DNA from: Spirochaetales bacterium
Lineage (GTDB): Bacteria > Spirochaetota > Spirochaetia > DSM-27196 > SLAA01
NCBI GenBank assembly: GCA_007127105.1
Contig: SLAA01000117.1
Location: 1-58,338, forward strand
Reading direction: 5' to 3'
Length of the DNA stretch: 58,338 bases
The position numbers and the translations under genes are program-made. The notes under the pieces were generated by a model. That model made no database searches. It was not told where the DNA came from and was given only the letters and a program-made list of their open reading frames with translations. Positions 1-9,398 of this stretch are shown piece after piece; within the stretch, counting starts at the first letter, position 1, and every line of letters begins with the position of its first letter.

Positions 1-203
1 CGAAAGGCCTCCGCCGGGTGGATCCGCAACCAGAGCCTGAACACGTCTTGTTGAGAATACGAAAAGCTGTTGTCGGTTCCCCTGTGTCGAATCTCGGTAC
101 GATTGTCAAAGTTCAGCCCGTACTCAAGAGCATGGATCTTGGGGCTTCCGGCAAGAGCTGCGAATAGTATGAAGAACACGCTCAGGAGCCAGAAACGCCT
201 CAC
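1..203 (-). CDS. Exported protein, possibly outer-membrane beta-barrel; 5' part only (runs off window start)
   Basis: Not in the ORF track. GTG at 203 overlaps the upstream stop (GTGA) with a GGGGAG SD. Reads MRRFWLLSVFFILFAALAGSPKIHA-LEYGLNFDNRTEIR..., a signal peptide followed by strand-like sequence, and is open to position 1. Confidence 0.65.
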   Translation of the reverse strand, partial: MRRFWLLSVFFILFAALAGSPKIHALEYGLNFDNRTEIRHRGTDNSFSYSQQDVFRLWLRIHPAEAF

Positions 204-715
204 GCCGTAGTCTCCCCATATCGGCGCACTGTTCGCTCAAGAATCCGGACAGCGCGCTCGCCGGAGAGAGGGCTCCCCGGGGCTGAACGCCCCTGCACCA
301 GACCACGAAAGCGTAGTTCGCGCAATGCGTATCGGCGGACTGGAAACAGGCTGTACATGGGGCCTCCTCGCAACGCAAAGACACGCATAGTCATGAGGCT
401 GTAGCTCCCGAGCGTCACGTTATCTTGTGGCGACAATCGAGACAGTCCCCAACCTCTTTCCTCATAGAATCGCAGAGCCTCGCTGGGGCTGAGCTCATCA
501 TCTATGACTCCGGCGCCGAGCAGCAGAAGATAGGCCGCATCTTGATAGCTTAAGTGTTCGCTCTGGAGCACAGAGTCAAGGTAGGATGCGGACTGGGGCC
601 AGACCCCGATGACAGGAAGCCAAAGAAACAGCACAAGAAAACATGCGCGTAGAGAAGATGGTGCCAAGCGTCTGGAGGCTGGTGCTCCCGCAGCAAGGAA
701 TTGAGACGTATACAT
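200..715 (-). CDS. Hypothetical exported protein (171 aa)
   Basis: ATG at 715 preceded by GGAGG; signal-like segment RACFLVLFLWLPVIGVWP-Q. The longer ORF call to 1012 would overlap the fbaB start. Confidence 0.7.
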   Translation of the reverse strand: MYTSQFLAAGAPASRRLAPSSLRACFLVLFLWLPVIGVWPQSASYLDSVLQSEHLSYQDAAYLLLLGAGVIDDELSPSEALRFYEERGWGLSRLSPQDNVTLGSYSLMTMRVFALRGGPMYSLFPVRRYALRELRFRGLVQGRSAPGSPLSGERAVRILERTVRRYGETTA

Positions 716-995
716 AGACCCCTCCAGTATACGCGGCCCCTTCAGATGAGGCTCAAAAAAGGCGTCATCCGGTTTCGCATAGGGAAATATAGCCGTTTTT
801 TGCGTGATCGACCACACCACATGCAAGGACTCCCGTTGGGTGGCTCGCGCACATTGGCAAGAAACCCGCCTGGGAACATCAATCACACATTGCACTACAC
901 ATGAACACGGTGTGATTGGTATCTTATGGAATATAGATACATGGTTACACCCTGTGCGGGCCCTCGCGAAAGAGCAAAGCAAGAAGGAGACGAAC

Positions 996-2066
996 ATGGC
1001 CACGACAGACATTCAGCAAATTTTAGGACAGGAAGCAGAAAGCCTACTCGGGCATAGCTGTAAAACCGTGCCCAAGGAATCACTTCACCTGCCCGGCCCA
1101 GATCATGTAGATACCGTCTGGGCACATTCGGACCGTAACAACAAAGTGCTGCGAAATCTTCAGTCACTCTATGACCATGGACGGCTCGGCGGCTCCGGAT
1201 ATCTCTCCATTCTTCCGGTAGATCAAGGAATTGAGCACTCAGGTGGAGCCTCCTTTGCAAAAAACCCTGCCTATTTCGACCCCGAGAACATAGTAAAACT
1301 TGCCGTTGAGGGTGGTTGTAACGCAGTAGCGTCAACCTTTGGGGTCCTGGGTGCGGTTTCTCGGAAGTACGCGCATCGGATCCCCTTCATTGTGAAGATC
1401 AACCACAACGAGTTGCTCACCTACCCAAACAAGCATCAGCAAATCTTGTTTGGTACCGTCAAGGAGGCCTACAATATGGGTGCGGCCGCAGTCGGCGCCA
1501 CGATCTACTTTGGCTCCGACGACGCCTCACGGGAAATCATAGAGATTGCCGAGGCCTTTCACTCTGCACATGAGCTGGGGATGGCTACGGTGCTGTGGTG
1601 CTACCTGCGCAACAGCGCCTTTAAGCTCGAAGGAACCGACTACCATACCGCCGCCGACCTCACCGCGCAGGCCAACCACCTGGGAGTGACAATTGAGGCC
1701 GATATCATTAAGCAGAAATTGCCGGATACCAACGGCGGATACAAAGCCCTCAACACCGGCGGCTCTTCCTATGGCAAACTTGATGAGCGCATCTACAGTG
1801 AGCTGACAAGTGACCACCCCATAGATCTGTGCCGCTACCAGGTGGTGAACTGTTACATGGGCCGGGCAAGTCTGATAAACTCCGGGGGAGCGTCCGGAAA
1901 AAACGACATGGCCGAGGCCGTTCGCACCGCGGTGATCAACAAGCGTGCAGGTGGCGCAGGTCTCATTAGTGGGCGCAAAGCCTTTCAGCGACCAATGGAG
2001 GAAGGGGTGAAACTCTTGAACGCGATACAGGACGTGTACCTCGACAGCTCGGTCGACATTGCCTAA
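996..2066 (+). CDS. fbaB: Class I fructose-bisphosphate aldolase (FbaB/DhnA family)
   Basis: AAGGAG SD before ATG 996; motifs [25 protein letters not shown] (Schiff-base Lys), [16 protein letters not shown]. Confidence 0.95.
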   Translation: MATTDIQQILGQEAESLLGHSCKTVPKESLHLPGPDHVDTVWAHSDRNNKVLRNLQSLYDHGRLGGSGYLSILPVDQGIEHSGGASFAKNPAYFDPENIVKLAVEGGCNAVASTFGVLGAVSRKYAHRIPFIVKINHNELLTYPNKHQQILFGTVKEAYNMGAAAVGATIYFGSDDASREIIEIAEAFHSAHELGMATVLWCYLRNSAFKLEGTDYHTAADLTAQANHLGVTIEADIIKQKLPDTNGGYKALNTGGSSYGKLDERIYSELTSDHPIDLCRYQVVNCYMGRASLINSGGASGKNDMAEAVRTAVINKRAGGAGLISGRKAFQRPMEEGVKLLNAIQDVYLDSSVDIA

Positions 2067-2086
2067 GGAGTGAGTACGTACCTACC

Positions 2087-3316
2087 ATGATGAACAACTT
2101 TGACAAACAGGCCCGCGTGTACGCGCGGGTTCTTCTTCGAAAAGGGCTGAACCTCCAGCCCGGACAGCGCCTCTTTGTCCGGAAGGCCCCGGTTGAGGCT
2201 GCTGCGTTTATTCGAATCCTGACCGAGGTTGCATACCAGGAAGGGGCACGCTACGTGGCTCTGTTCTGGGAGGACTCGGCGGCAACCCGAATTCGCTACG
2301 AACAGGCTCCTGAGGACTCCTTCGAGGAGTTTCCCCATTGGCAAACAGATGCCCTGGTTCAGGGGGCGGAGCAGAACGACGCCTTTCTGGTCTTCAGCTG
2401 CGAGGATCCACAGCTGACTGCAGGAATACCATCTGAACGGGTTAGCACAACGGTACGCACCGCCAACCGCCACATGGAGCCGTTTCGTCGTTACGTCATG
2501 AATAACGACATTGCCTGGTTGGTCGCAGCAGTACCGACACCCGGTTGGGCGCAGGCAATCTTTTCGGGTGTTCCGGCGGACGAGGCTGTGGACAAGCTCT
2601 GGGAAACAATCTTCCAACTGTGCAGGGTGGATCAACCCAGCCCGGAAGCAGCGTGGGACGAGCATGCACGGCTAACAGCAGAACGTGTGCGCTTTCTGGA
2701 TGAGCGCAGTTACCACGCCCTGCATTTTCGGGGCCCCGGCACCGACCTTGTAGTAGGCTTGGCCGACGGACATGAGTGGCATGGGGTGGGCTCAACCAAC
2801 AAAGCAGGTGTGTTCTTCATACCCAATATGCCGACAGAGGAAGTGTTCACCGCCCCACACCGTGGTCGAGTAAATGGTACGGTTCGCAACACTCGGCCTC
2901 TGGTAGTAGATGGAACCACTATTGACGAGTTCGAGTTGGAGTTTCGCGAAGGCAAGGTCATTCGAGCTGTGGCCGCCAAAGGACAGGAGGCTCTTACATC
3001 GCTGCTGGAAACCGATGAAGGTGCGTGCTATCTAGGTGAGGTGGCTTTAGTTCCCAACAGTTCTCCGGTTTCACGCTCGGGACTCATGTTTCACAACACC
3101 CTGTTTGATGAAAACGCATCCTGCCACCTTGCTCTTGGACGCGCATACCCTTTCTGTGTGGAACACGAGGGTGAAGACGACTTTCTTGCGCGCGGTGGAA
3201 ACCGGAGTCTCATTCACTATGACTTCATGATTGGGTCCGGAGAAACCGATGTAATTGGAGTGGCTGCAGATGGAACCGAGGAAACGCTGATTCATAAGGG
3301 TGAATGGGTGGTGTGA
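2087..3316 (+). CDS. Aminopeptidase, peptidase M29 (AmpS/PepS/aminopeptidase II) family
   Basis: PNMPTEEVFTAP, LGEVALV, NTLFDENASCHLALG, SLIHYDFMIG metal-binding motifs. Confidence 0.93.
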   Translation: MMNNFDKQARVYARVLLRKGLNLQPGQRLFVRKAPVEAAAFIRILTEVAYQEGARYVALFWEDSAATRIRYEQAPEDSFEEFPHWQTDALVQGAEQNDAFLVFSCEDPQLTAGIPSERVSTTVRTANRHMEPFRRYVMNNDIAWLVAAVPTPGWAQAIFSGVPADEAVDKLWETIFQLCRVDQPSPEAAWDEHARLTAERVRFLDERSYHALHFRGPGTDLVVGLADGHEWHGVGSTNKAGVFFIPNMPTEEVFTAPHRGRVNGTVRNTRPLVVDGTTIDEFELEFREGKVIRAVAAKGQEALTSLLETDEGACYLGEVALVPNSSPVSRSGLMFHNTLFDENASCHLALGRAYPFCVEHEGEDDFLARGGNRSLIHYDFMIGSGETDVIGVAADGTEETLIHKGEWVV

Positions 3317-3319
3317 TTC

Positions 3320-4399
3320 ATGAGTCGTGTCGACGAACTGGAGAAGGAGAACTTTGACCTCCGTCAACTGTTGGAGATAGGCAAGAGTCTCAACTCGACC
3401 CTTGAGTACAACCGGCTCATCGACGCAATTCTCCACACCTGCTTGGCCCAGATGCGCGTGTTGCAGGCAGGTGTCTTTGTCCGGCGGGAAGCAGACCATG
3501 CCGAACTCATTCTGAATCGTGACTACATTGGTTTTGAACTGGACCACTCTATTCCGTATACCATTCCGCCCAATCACCCCCTGCGGCAACAGCTCATAGA
3601 CCGCGTAGACTGTTACACACCAGAAGAACTCAACGCAGCCATACCCGCCGAGAGTCCGGACTGCGGACTCTCGCACATGCCCTATCAGTTGGTGGTGCCT
3701 TTGGTTGCACGATCGGACCTACAGGGAATTATTGTACTTGGTCGCCGAATTGATGACACCGAGTTCACCGCCGATGAACGCCGGTATGCATTGGATATGG
3801 GAGGACTCGCCGCCATAGCGGTGTACAATGCCTACCTTTTTGACCGCGCCACTATAGACTCCTTGACCCGGCTGAAACAACGGCATGTGCTTGAGGAGCG
3901 CATGCTGCAACTCTTTAAGCACCACGGGGAACAGGAACAGGAACAGGAACAAGAACCAAAGCAGACGCCTGATCCGGACAGTCTCTCGTTTCTCATGCTT
4001 GATGTCGACTACTTCAAACCGGTAAACGATACCTACGGTCATAAGTTCGGTGATGATGTCTTACGCAGAATCGCTGAGATCGTCGTTCAGTACACTCGCC
4101 CGGTAGACATCGCGGCCCGCTATGGGGGTGAGGAGTTCGTCGTCATGCTCCCTAATCTGGACGCAGAGGGAGGTGCCGAGGTAGCCGAACGCATTCGGAG
4201 GGCGGTAGAGGAAAACCGTTTTTGCCACGGCGACAAGGAACTGAACATCACCGTCTCAATTGGCGTGGCCGAGTACACACCCACCCTGGACCAGCTGCCG
4301 GGAGATCTTATGGCACGTGCAGATGAGGCAATGTACGAGGCAAAAAGCAGCGGGCGAAATAGAGTGGTTGTTGCGCGGGACAATCGTCAGTCGGATTGA
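3320..4399 (+). CDS. GAF-sensor diguanylate cyclase (GGDEF)
   Basis: N-terminal GAF-like region (LVVPLVARSDLQGIIVLG); DVDYFKPVNDTYGHKFGD, RPVD I-site, RYGGEEF, TVSIGVA, ADEAMYEAK. Confidence 0.92.
   Translation: MSRVDELEKENFDLRQLLEIGKSLNSTLEYNRLIDAILHTCLAQMRVLQAGVFVRREADHAELILNRDYIGFELDHSIPYTIPPNHPLRQQLIDRVDCYTPEELNAAIPAESPDCGLSHMPYQLVVPLVARSDLQGIIVLGRRIDDTEFTADERRYALDMGGLAAIAVYNAYLFDRATIDSLTRLKQRHVLEERMLQLFKHHGEQEQEQEQEPKQTPDPDSLSFLMLDVDYFKPVNDTYGHKFGDDVLRRIAEIVVQYTRPVDIAARYGGEEFVVMLPNLDAEGGAEVAERIRRAVEENRFCHGDKELNITVSIGVAEYTPTLDQLPGDLMARADEAMYEAKSSGRNRVVVARDNRQSD
3929..3956 (+). repeat. GAACAG hexamer tandem repeat (poly-EQ) inside the cyclase
   Basis: GAACAG x3, GAACAA, GAAC encoding EQEQEQEQE. 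Confidence 0.85.
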
Positions 4400-4406
4400 T
4401 CCGCGG

Positions 4407-5012
4407 TTATCGGAAGGGCTCCGGGTCACAGTGATCTGTAGTCGCATCGCATCCAATTTGCATCCAGTCGTAGAACATCTCAGGATCTCCATCAAAAGCG
4501 TAACGGATCTGAGATACCCCAGCCGTGGCACGCATGGTGTGCTCAACCTGGGCAAAAAAACTCAGGCTGCCACAGCTACTATTGGCTCCAGCGAGTGCAT
4601 GGCGCAGATCCTGGAGGTCGATGTATGCGATTCGCTCCCTGCTCCCTTCTATGTGGACAGAGCGCATGAGATTGGAGGTCTCGGATGAAAAAAACGAACT
4701 GAATCCCTGGCGCTCTTCCTCCGCGGTCGGTCCCGCAAACAGTTCAGTGAGCACCGCGGCGGCTCGTCCTTCGGCGTTGTGTGCGTCCTCGGCCGACGCG
4801 AAGGACACAGTTCGTTCCACCGGGAATACAACATCACAATTGCCAATCGGATCCAGGTCGATGTTGGAATAAAAGAGCGTTCGCACCTCAGCATGGTGTC
4901 CAGGATCTGTCGGCGCGGTGCGGTGCATGAATAAGAAGGCAAGAGCAAGACCGATCGCTATCCCAAGGCTAGCGGCTGCTATCACCACGAGCACCTTAGC
5001 ATGGGAGTTCAC
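4407..5012 (-). CDS. Membrane-anchored GerMN-domain protein
   Basis: N-terminal TM helix; VFPVERTV, AVLTELFAGPTAEE, IAYIDL, AQVEHT...VSQIRYAFDG match the GerMN pattern; GTGA coupling to the STAS gene. Confidence 0.75.
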   Translation of the reverse strand: MNSHAKVLVVIAAASLGIAIGLALAFLFMHRTAPTDPGHHAEVRTLFYSNIDLDPIGNCDVVFPVERTVSFASAEDAHNAEGRAAAVLTELFAGPTAEEERQGFSSFFSSETSNLMRSVHIEGSRERIAYIDLQDLRHALAGANSSCGSLSFFAQVEHTMRATAGVSQIRYAFDGDPEMFYDWMQIGCDATTDHCDPEPFR

Positions 5013-5401
5013 ATTCGGCCGCCTTCCGGAGGGTTGTCGTCCACTTCGTTGCAGTCGCCGCCGGATCCCGCAAGATCAAGTAAAGCGTCTTCTGTAGTGC
5101 GGCAGAGCGGCAGGTAGTTCAACAACTTGGTCAGCTCAAGCACCCGCCGAACCGGCTCCTGAACAGCCGTGATCCGCAGCGGAATATTCTTCTTCTCGCA
5201 GTAAGACCGTGCCATAAGCAAAATGCCCACACCGCTTGAGTCCATATACATAACCCCGCCCAGATCAATAACGAGACCTGAGTTGTCGGCATGGGTTTCT
5301 TCAAGTATTGCAGTCTTCAGCGCGGTGCCCTGAAAAAGGTCCACGTCACCCTGGACGCGTAACACCGCAACGCTGCCTTCAAACGTGCGTTCAAGATCCA
5401 T
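5009..5401 (-). CDS. STAS-domain anti-sigma-factor antagonist (RsbV/SpoIIAA-like)
   Basis: VLRVQGDVD, LVIDLGGVMYMDSSGVG (phosphorylatable Ser), VRRVLELTKL; ATG at 5401. Confidence 0.92.
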   Translation of the reverse strand: MDLERTFEGSVAVLRVQGDVDLFQGTALKTAILEETHADNSGLVIDLGGVMYMDSSGVGILLMARSYCEKKNIPLRITAVQEPVRRVLELTKLLNYLPLCRTTEDALLDLAGSGGDCNEVDDNPPEGGRM

Positions 5402-5405
5402 ATAC

Positions 5406-7364
5406 TTAAGTATCGTCGCTTTTCGGCACAAACTCCAGAACCAATAGGGTCTGGTCGTCATGCTGTTTCCTGCCAGCCACAAACTCTTTCAGTCGCGTGC
5501 ATACCGCCTGTCGCACAGCCTCGGCGCCTTTATGAGCATTTTCTAGAACCGTTGCAACAAGCCGTTCGGTTCCAAACTGCTCTCCAGCCGGACTCAGCGC
5601 CTCGGTTATTCCGTCGGTATACAGAAGCACCATGTCTCCCGGAGTGATCCGAGTCGTAATGCTTTCATACTCGATATCGGCGTCGACCCCTATCGGGAGT
5701 CCTTGCGTGTCCAAGTACTCTATTGCGCCTGGACTCGCTTCCCCGGCCCCCGGCTTTCTATACACCATAAGCGGATGATGGGCCGCATTCGCATACTCGA
5801 GCGCGCCGCTCACCAGGTTTATGTGACACAAACCCGCGGTCGCATAGTGCTCGGCTGCTGTCCGCCGCGTGATCCCTATGTTGACAGCCCTGAGGGTGAG
5901 CGCCGGATCCAGGTGAGCTCCCGATTCGCTGTCCATGAGCGTATTGATCATTACCATGACGAGGGCGGCTGGAACTCCTTTGCCGGCAACATCACATATC
6001 ATGAGCCGAGCGGTCTGCTCATCAATCTGAGAGTACTCGTAGTAGTCACCACCGACCTCACGAACAGGGTTGGAAAACGTGGCACAAACCAGCCCGGTGA
6101 TTGCTGTTGGTGAGTCCGGCAACAACTTCCGCTGTATCCCGGCTGCAATATTGAGCTCACTCTCAATCTCCTTCTTTTCAAGGAGTTCAAGGTAAGCAAC
6201 AGTCATGTCTATGGTGAGTGCCGCATAGTCTGCAAAGGTTTGCAGGTGGCGGAAATCACGCTCAGCGAAACGCCGGAGGCGTCGAGTGCGGACTATGGCT
6301 AATACACCAAGAACCCTGCCGGAGATGATGAGTGGCACCGCTATGAGCGAGCTTATATAGCAGCTGTCCTCAGGGTCGTGATTGGCGTGCAGGCGTGGAT
6401 CCTGGTCGGCGTCGGAAATGAAGGTCGGCGAGGCCGAGTCTGCGGTCATACCAATGACCGTAACACCCATTCTGATTGGTGTAGAACGCACGTAGTTCTC
6501 AAGACGCACCGCCCGTTCCTTGACCACCGGTGAGACCGGATATGGCGGAGGGAAGGTTCCATGGAGTGCCCGCAGCTGAAGCTCCGACCTGTCGCGTGAG
6601 ACAAGAAAGACCGCCCCACCGTTCGCTCCTGTTTCTCCCACAGCATCTTCAACGATGTAGTTCAGGATGCTGTCAAGATCAATCTGGGTGCTAATTGCGG
6701 ACTCAACACGGTGCATGAACCCATACAAGCGCTCCTTTTCCTCTTCGGCCCGTTTGGCGGCCTCAAAGCCAGCCAGGTAACTGCGACGGAAGTAGAGTAG
6801 GAGAACCGCTACATGCACGATATACGAAGCCGGATAAAACAGCGCATGCGTGAGTGTGGAGTCGTGTCCGAATATGAAAATGAGCACCTGCGTATAGAAC
6901 GTACCAAGCAGCACAACGTCACGTGTATCGGTTACGGTGCGCGAAAGACCCACGTCGTCGGTGGTAGCATCAAAAAACGTGGTTCCGGCAAGCACAAAGG
7001 CCGCAGCAAAGGCGACGGCGTAGCTCAGGCGGGGAAAAGGCACACCAAACCGTATGTCAAGGACGGTCGCCCCCACAGACAGAAGCACAACAAATGCAAG
7101 AAAGAAACGTCCTGCTTCACGCCGCTCAAGCACTGTCTCAAGCCAGTATAGATAGAGCAGCAGAATGAAAATATCGCTTAAGACCAACAGCGCCTGGTAG
7201 GGAAAGAACAGAGAGAGCAGATCACGAATGAGGAGAAACCATAACGCCATCGCCGGGACAGAGGCAGATCTCTCGGCACCAACCCCACGAAGCACCCTAT
7301 AGGTGAGTAGTCCTGCAATGAGCACCGCAATGCGCGGGGCCACGTACCACAGGCTCGGGCCCAC
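5406..7364 (-). CDS. Membrane-bound GAF + SpoIIE/PP2C serine phosphatase (RsbU-like)
   Basis: Several N-terminal TM helices, GAF, then IQRKLLP, VGGDYY, ICDVAGKGVPAAL, LYTDGITEA, HDDQTLL. Confidence 0.92.
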   Translation of the reverse strand: MGPSLWYVAPRIAVLIAGLLTYRVLRGVGAERSASVPAMALWFLLIRDLLSLFFPYQALLVLSDIFILLLYLYWLETVLERREAGRFFLAFVVLLSVGATVLDIRFGVPFPRLSYAVAFAAAFVLAGTTFFDATTDDVGLSRTVTDTRDVVLLGTFYTQVLIFIFGHDSTLTHALFYPASYIVHVAVLLLYFRRSYLAGFEAAKRAEEEKERLYGFMHRVESAISTQIDLDSILNYIVEDAVGETGANGGAVFLVSRDRSELQLRALHGTFPPPYPVSPVVKERAVRLENYVRSTPIRMGVTVIGMTADSASPTFISDADQDPRLHANHDPEDSCYISSLIAVPLIISGRVLGVLAIVRTRRLRRFAERDFRHLQTFADYAALTIDMTVAYLELLEKKEIESELNIAAGIQRKLLPDSPTAITGLVCATFSNPVREVGGDYYEYSQIDEQTARLMICDVAGKGVPAALVMVMINTLMDSESGAHLDPALTLRAVNIGITRRTAAEHYATAGLCHINLVSGALEYANAAHHPLMVYRKPGAGEASPGAIEYLDTQGLPIGVDADIEYESITTRITPGDMVLLYTDGITEALSPAGEQFGTERLVATVLENAHKGAEAVRQAVCTRLKEFVAGRKQHDDQTLLVLEFVPKSDDT

Positions 7365-8306
7365 TTATCCCTCCCCGACTATTCGTCGAACTCGTTCTAT
7401 GTTTTCCTTGTCCGGGCCTTCGCCCTCTACCCCCGGCACCTCGAGAATAATAGGCAGGTGTTTAAGTGCTTCATAGTTAAGAAAGTAAGAGAGATCACTG
7501 GGGTCAATGAGCCCGTCCCCTATGTCGGCGTGACGGTCACGTCCGGATCCTCGTTCATCCCTACTATCGTTTACATGGATACATACAAGCTCATCCCAGA
7601 GGTTCAGTCGCTCAATCTCCGCTATTGCCGAACCGGCATCCCGTGCATCGTTTGCTCCAACCGGAGTATGGCCTTGGCCTGCTGGATCGCCTATGTGGAA
7701 CCCGGCCGCATGCGCATGGCAGGTATCAAGGCACCAGCCCAAGGCCGGAGAGGCTATCTCGTCCAGCAGAATGCGAATTTCCGCGAGATCACTTGAAAGT
7801 TTTCCGTTCTGCCCGGCCGAGTTCTCTATGAGGAAGCGTGATCCGGCCGGAGCATCTGTGAGGATTGCGGTGATGCGGTCACGAAGCACAGCTCGAACCG
7901 CCTCCCAGCCGCGCCCCTGGTGACTCCCCAGGTGTACTACCACCCCAGACCCCCCTAGCAGAGCATCAAAGCGCATATCGTAGCGCAGGGCGTCCATAGA
8001 CTTCTCCACTAACGACGGGTCCTCGGACACCAGGTTTATGAGGTAGAGGGCATGAGTAATGACCGGCCTCACCCCGTGGGCCGCACATGCCTGCGCGACC
8101 GCCTCAGCGTCAAGTTCCTCAATGGGCTTGCGTTTCCACCCGCGGGGACTGCCGGAGAACACCTGCACACAGTTCGCTCCTATGGCCGCGGCGCGCTCAA
8201 CCGCCTTATGCGGACCGCCAGCCGCCGATACATGACCGCCAATCCTGCGCCCTTGCACGGTGTCGCTCGCTACATCAACCCTGGGCCCGCTATCTGTAGT
8301 ATTCAT
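7365..8306 (-). CDS. nfo: Endonuclease IV (AP endonuclease family 2)
   Basis: IGGHVSAAGG, HALYLINL, VVHLGS, LIENSAG, CLDTCHAHAAG, IHVNDS, DRHADIG, ILEVP. Confidence 0.93.
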   Translation of the reverse strand: MNTTDSGPRVDVASDTVQGRRIGGHVSAAGGPHKAVERAAAIGANCVQVFSGSPRGWKRKPIEELDAEAVAQACAAHGVRPVITHALYLINLVSEDPSLVEKSMDALRYDMRFDALLGGSGVVVHLGSHQGRGWEAVRAVLRDRITAILTDAPAGSRFLIENSAGQNGKLSSDLAEIRILLDEIASPALGWCLDTCHAHAAGFHIGDPAGQGHTPVGANDARDAGSAIAEIERLNLWDELVCIHVNDSRDERGSGRDRHADIGDGLIDPSDLSYFLNYEALKHLPIILEVPGVEGEGPDKENIERVRRIVGEG

Positions 8307-9286
8307 CTTGCCTCATCCTGATGTGTTTCCAAGCCCAGCGGCGCGTTTCCTTCCGGCAAATCTATTCCCGGTTCGGTTACAACCGGGGCCGCCATGCTCC
8401 GCATAACTGTAGAGAGAGTATAAAGTGCCAAAGCAAACCATACCAGTAGAAACCCCGGCAGACGGGTCGCTTCAAAGGGCTCGCCAAACACAAAAACCCC
8501 AATCAGCAACATCAGTGTCGGAGCGAGATATTGGATAAATCCGACACTTGACAGCGGGATTCGCCGTGTTGCGGCCGAGAACAACAGCAAGGGCAGGAGC
8601 GTAGCCACCCCAGCACCCATCAACAAGAGGCTCACCAGGAGCCCGGATGCCCCAAAGGAGGGAGAGCCGCTTAGACTGCGAAACACAAGAATGGCCAGTG
8701 CTGGCGGCGCAATAAAGGCTAACTCGCCCGCCATTCCCTCCACGGCACGTACCGCCGGACGCCGTTTTTTCAACAGTCCGTAGAGCCCAAAACTGAAGGC
8801 CAGGATCAGGCTGACCCACGGTGCGGCACCATGCTGCATGGTCAAGTACAGTACACCAAGGGTGGCCGAAATGAGGGCCGCCCACTGGAGACGTGAGAGC
8901 TTCTCCCCCAGAAACAGCATTCCAAGGAGAATACTGACCAGAGGATTAATGTAGTAACCAAGGCTGGCATCCAGGGTGCGCCCAGTGGCAATTGCCGCAA
9001 CATAGGTGAACCAGTTCACGGCCAGGAGCACCCCGGCAATGAGAAAGCTTGGGAGCATCTCACGCCTGAACATCTGGCGAGGCAAAGCCCCTGCTCGTCC
9101 CCGCAGAAAAAGAATCACCCAGGCAAGCAGACAGCTCCACACAATTCGGTGCATTGCAACCTCAAGTGAAGCCGTACCCCGCAGCATGTACCAGTAGAGT
9201 GGCAAGAGCCCCCAAATGCCAAATGCAGCAAGCGCAAAGCCTATACCAGCCACAAACGATGTATCATTGGAACGTTTCACGGACAC
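8303..9286 (-). CDS. rarD: EamA/RarD family DMT transporter (start uncertain: 9280, 9286 or 9352)
   Basis: IWGLLPLYW, HRIVWS, ASLGYYINPL, LILAFSFGLYGLLKK, GFIQYLAPTL; ATGA overlap with nfo. Confidence 0.9.
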   Translation of the reverse strand: MSVKRSNDTSFVAGIGFALAAFGIWGLLPLYWYMLRGTASLEVAMHRIVWSCLLAWVILFLRGRAGALPRQMFRREMLPSFLIAGVLLAVNWFTYVAAIATGRTLDASLGYYINPLVSILLGMLFLGEKLSRLQWAALISATLGVLYLTMQHGAAPWVSLILAFSFGLYGLLKKRRPAVRAVEGMAGELAFIAPPALAILVFRSLSGSPSFGASGLLVSLLLMGAGVATLLPLLLFSAATRRIPLSSVGFIQYLAPTLMLLIGVFVFGEPFEATRLPGFLLVWFALALYTLSTVMRSMAAPVVTEPGIDLPEGNAPLGLETHQDEAR

Positions 9287-9398
9287 CTCACACCTGCCAG
9301 CATAGCCTGCTCGTAGAATCGGCGCAACATTGGGCAATCCAGCCTTGGACATAGCCCCATACTCTCGGTATATTTGGGTGATCAAAGCGAGGCTGCTA

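Noticed and set aside
854-870. TTGGCA-AGAAACCC-GC as a sigma-54 promoter for fbaB
   Set aside because: The GG-N10-GC spacing fits, but the -12 element lacks TTGC; too weak to call
716-1012. 5' extensions of the 200..1012 (-) and 804..2066 (+) ORFs
   Set aside because: They overlap each other across a divergent promoter region; SD-supported ATGs at 715 and 996 fit better
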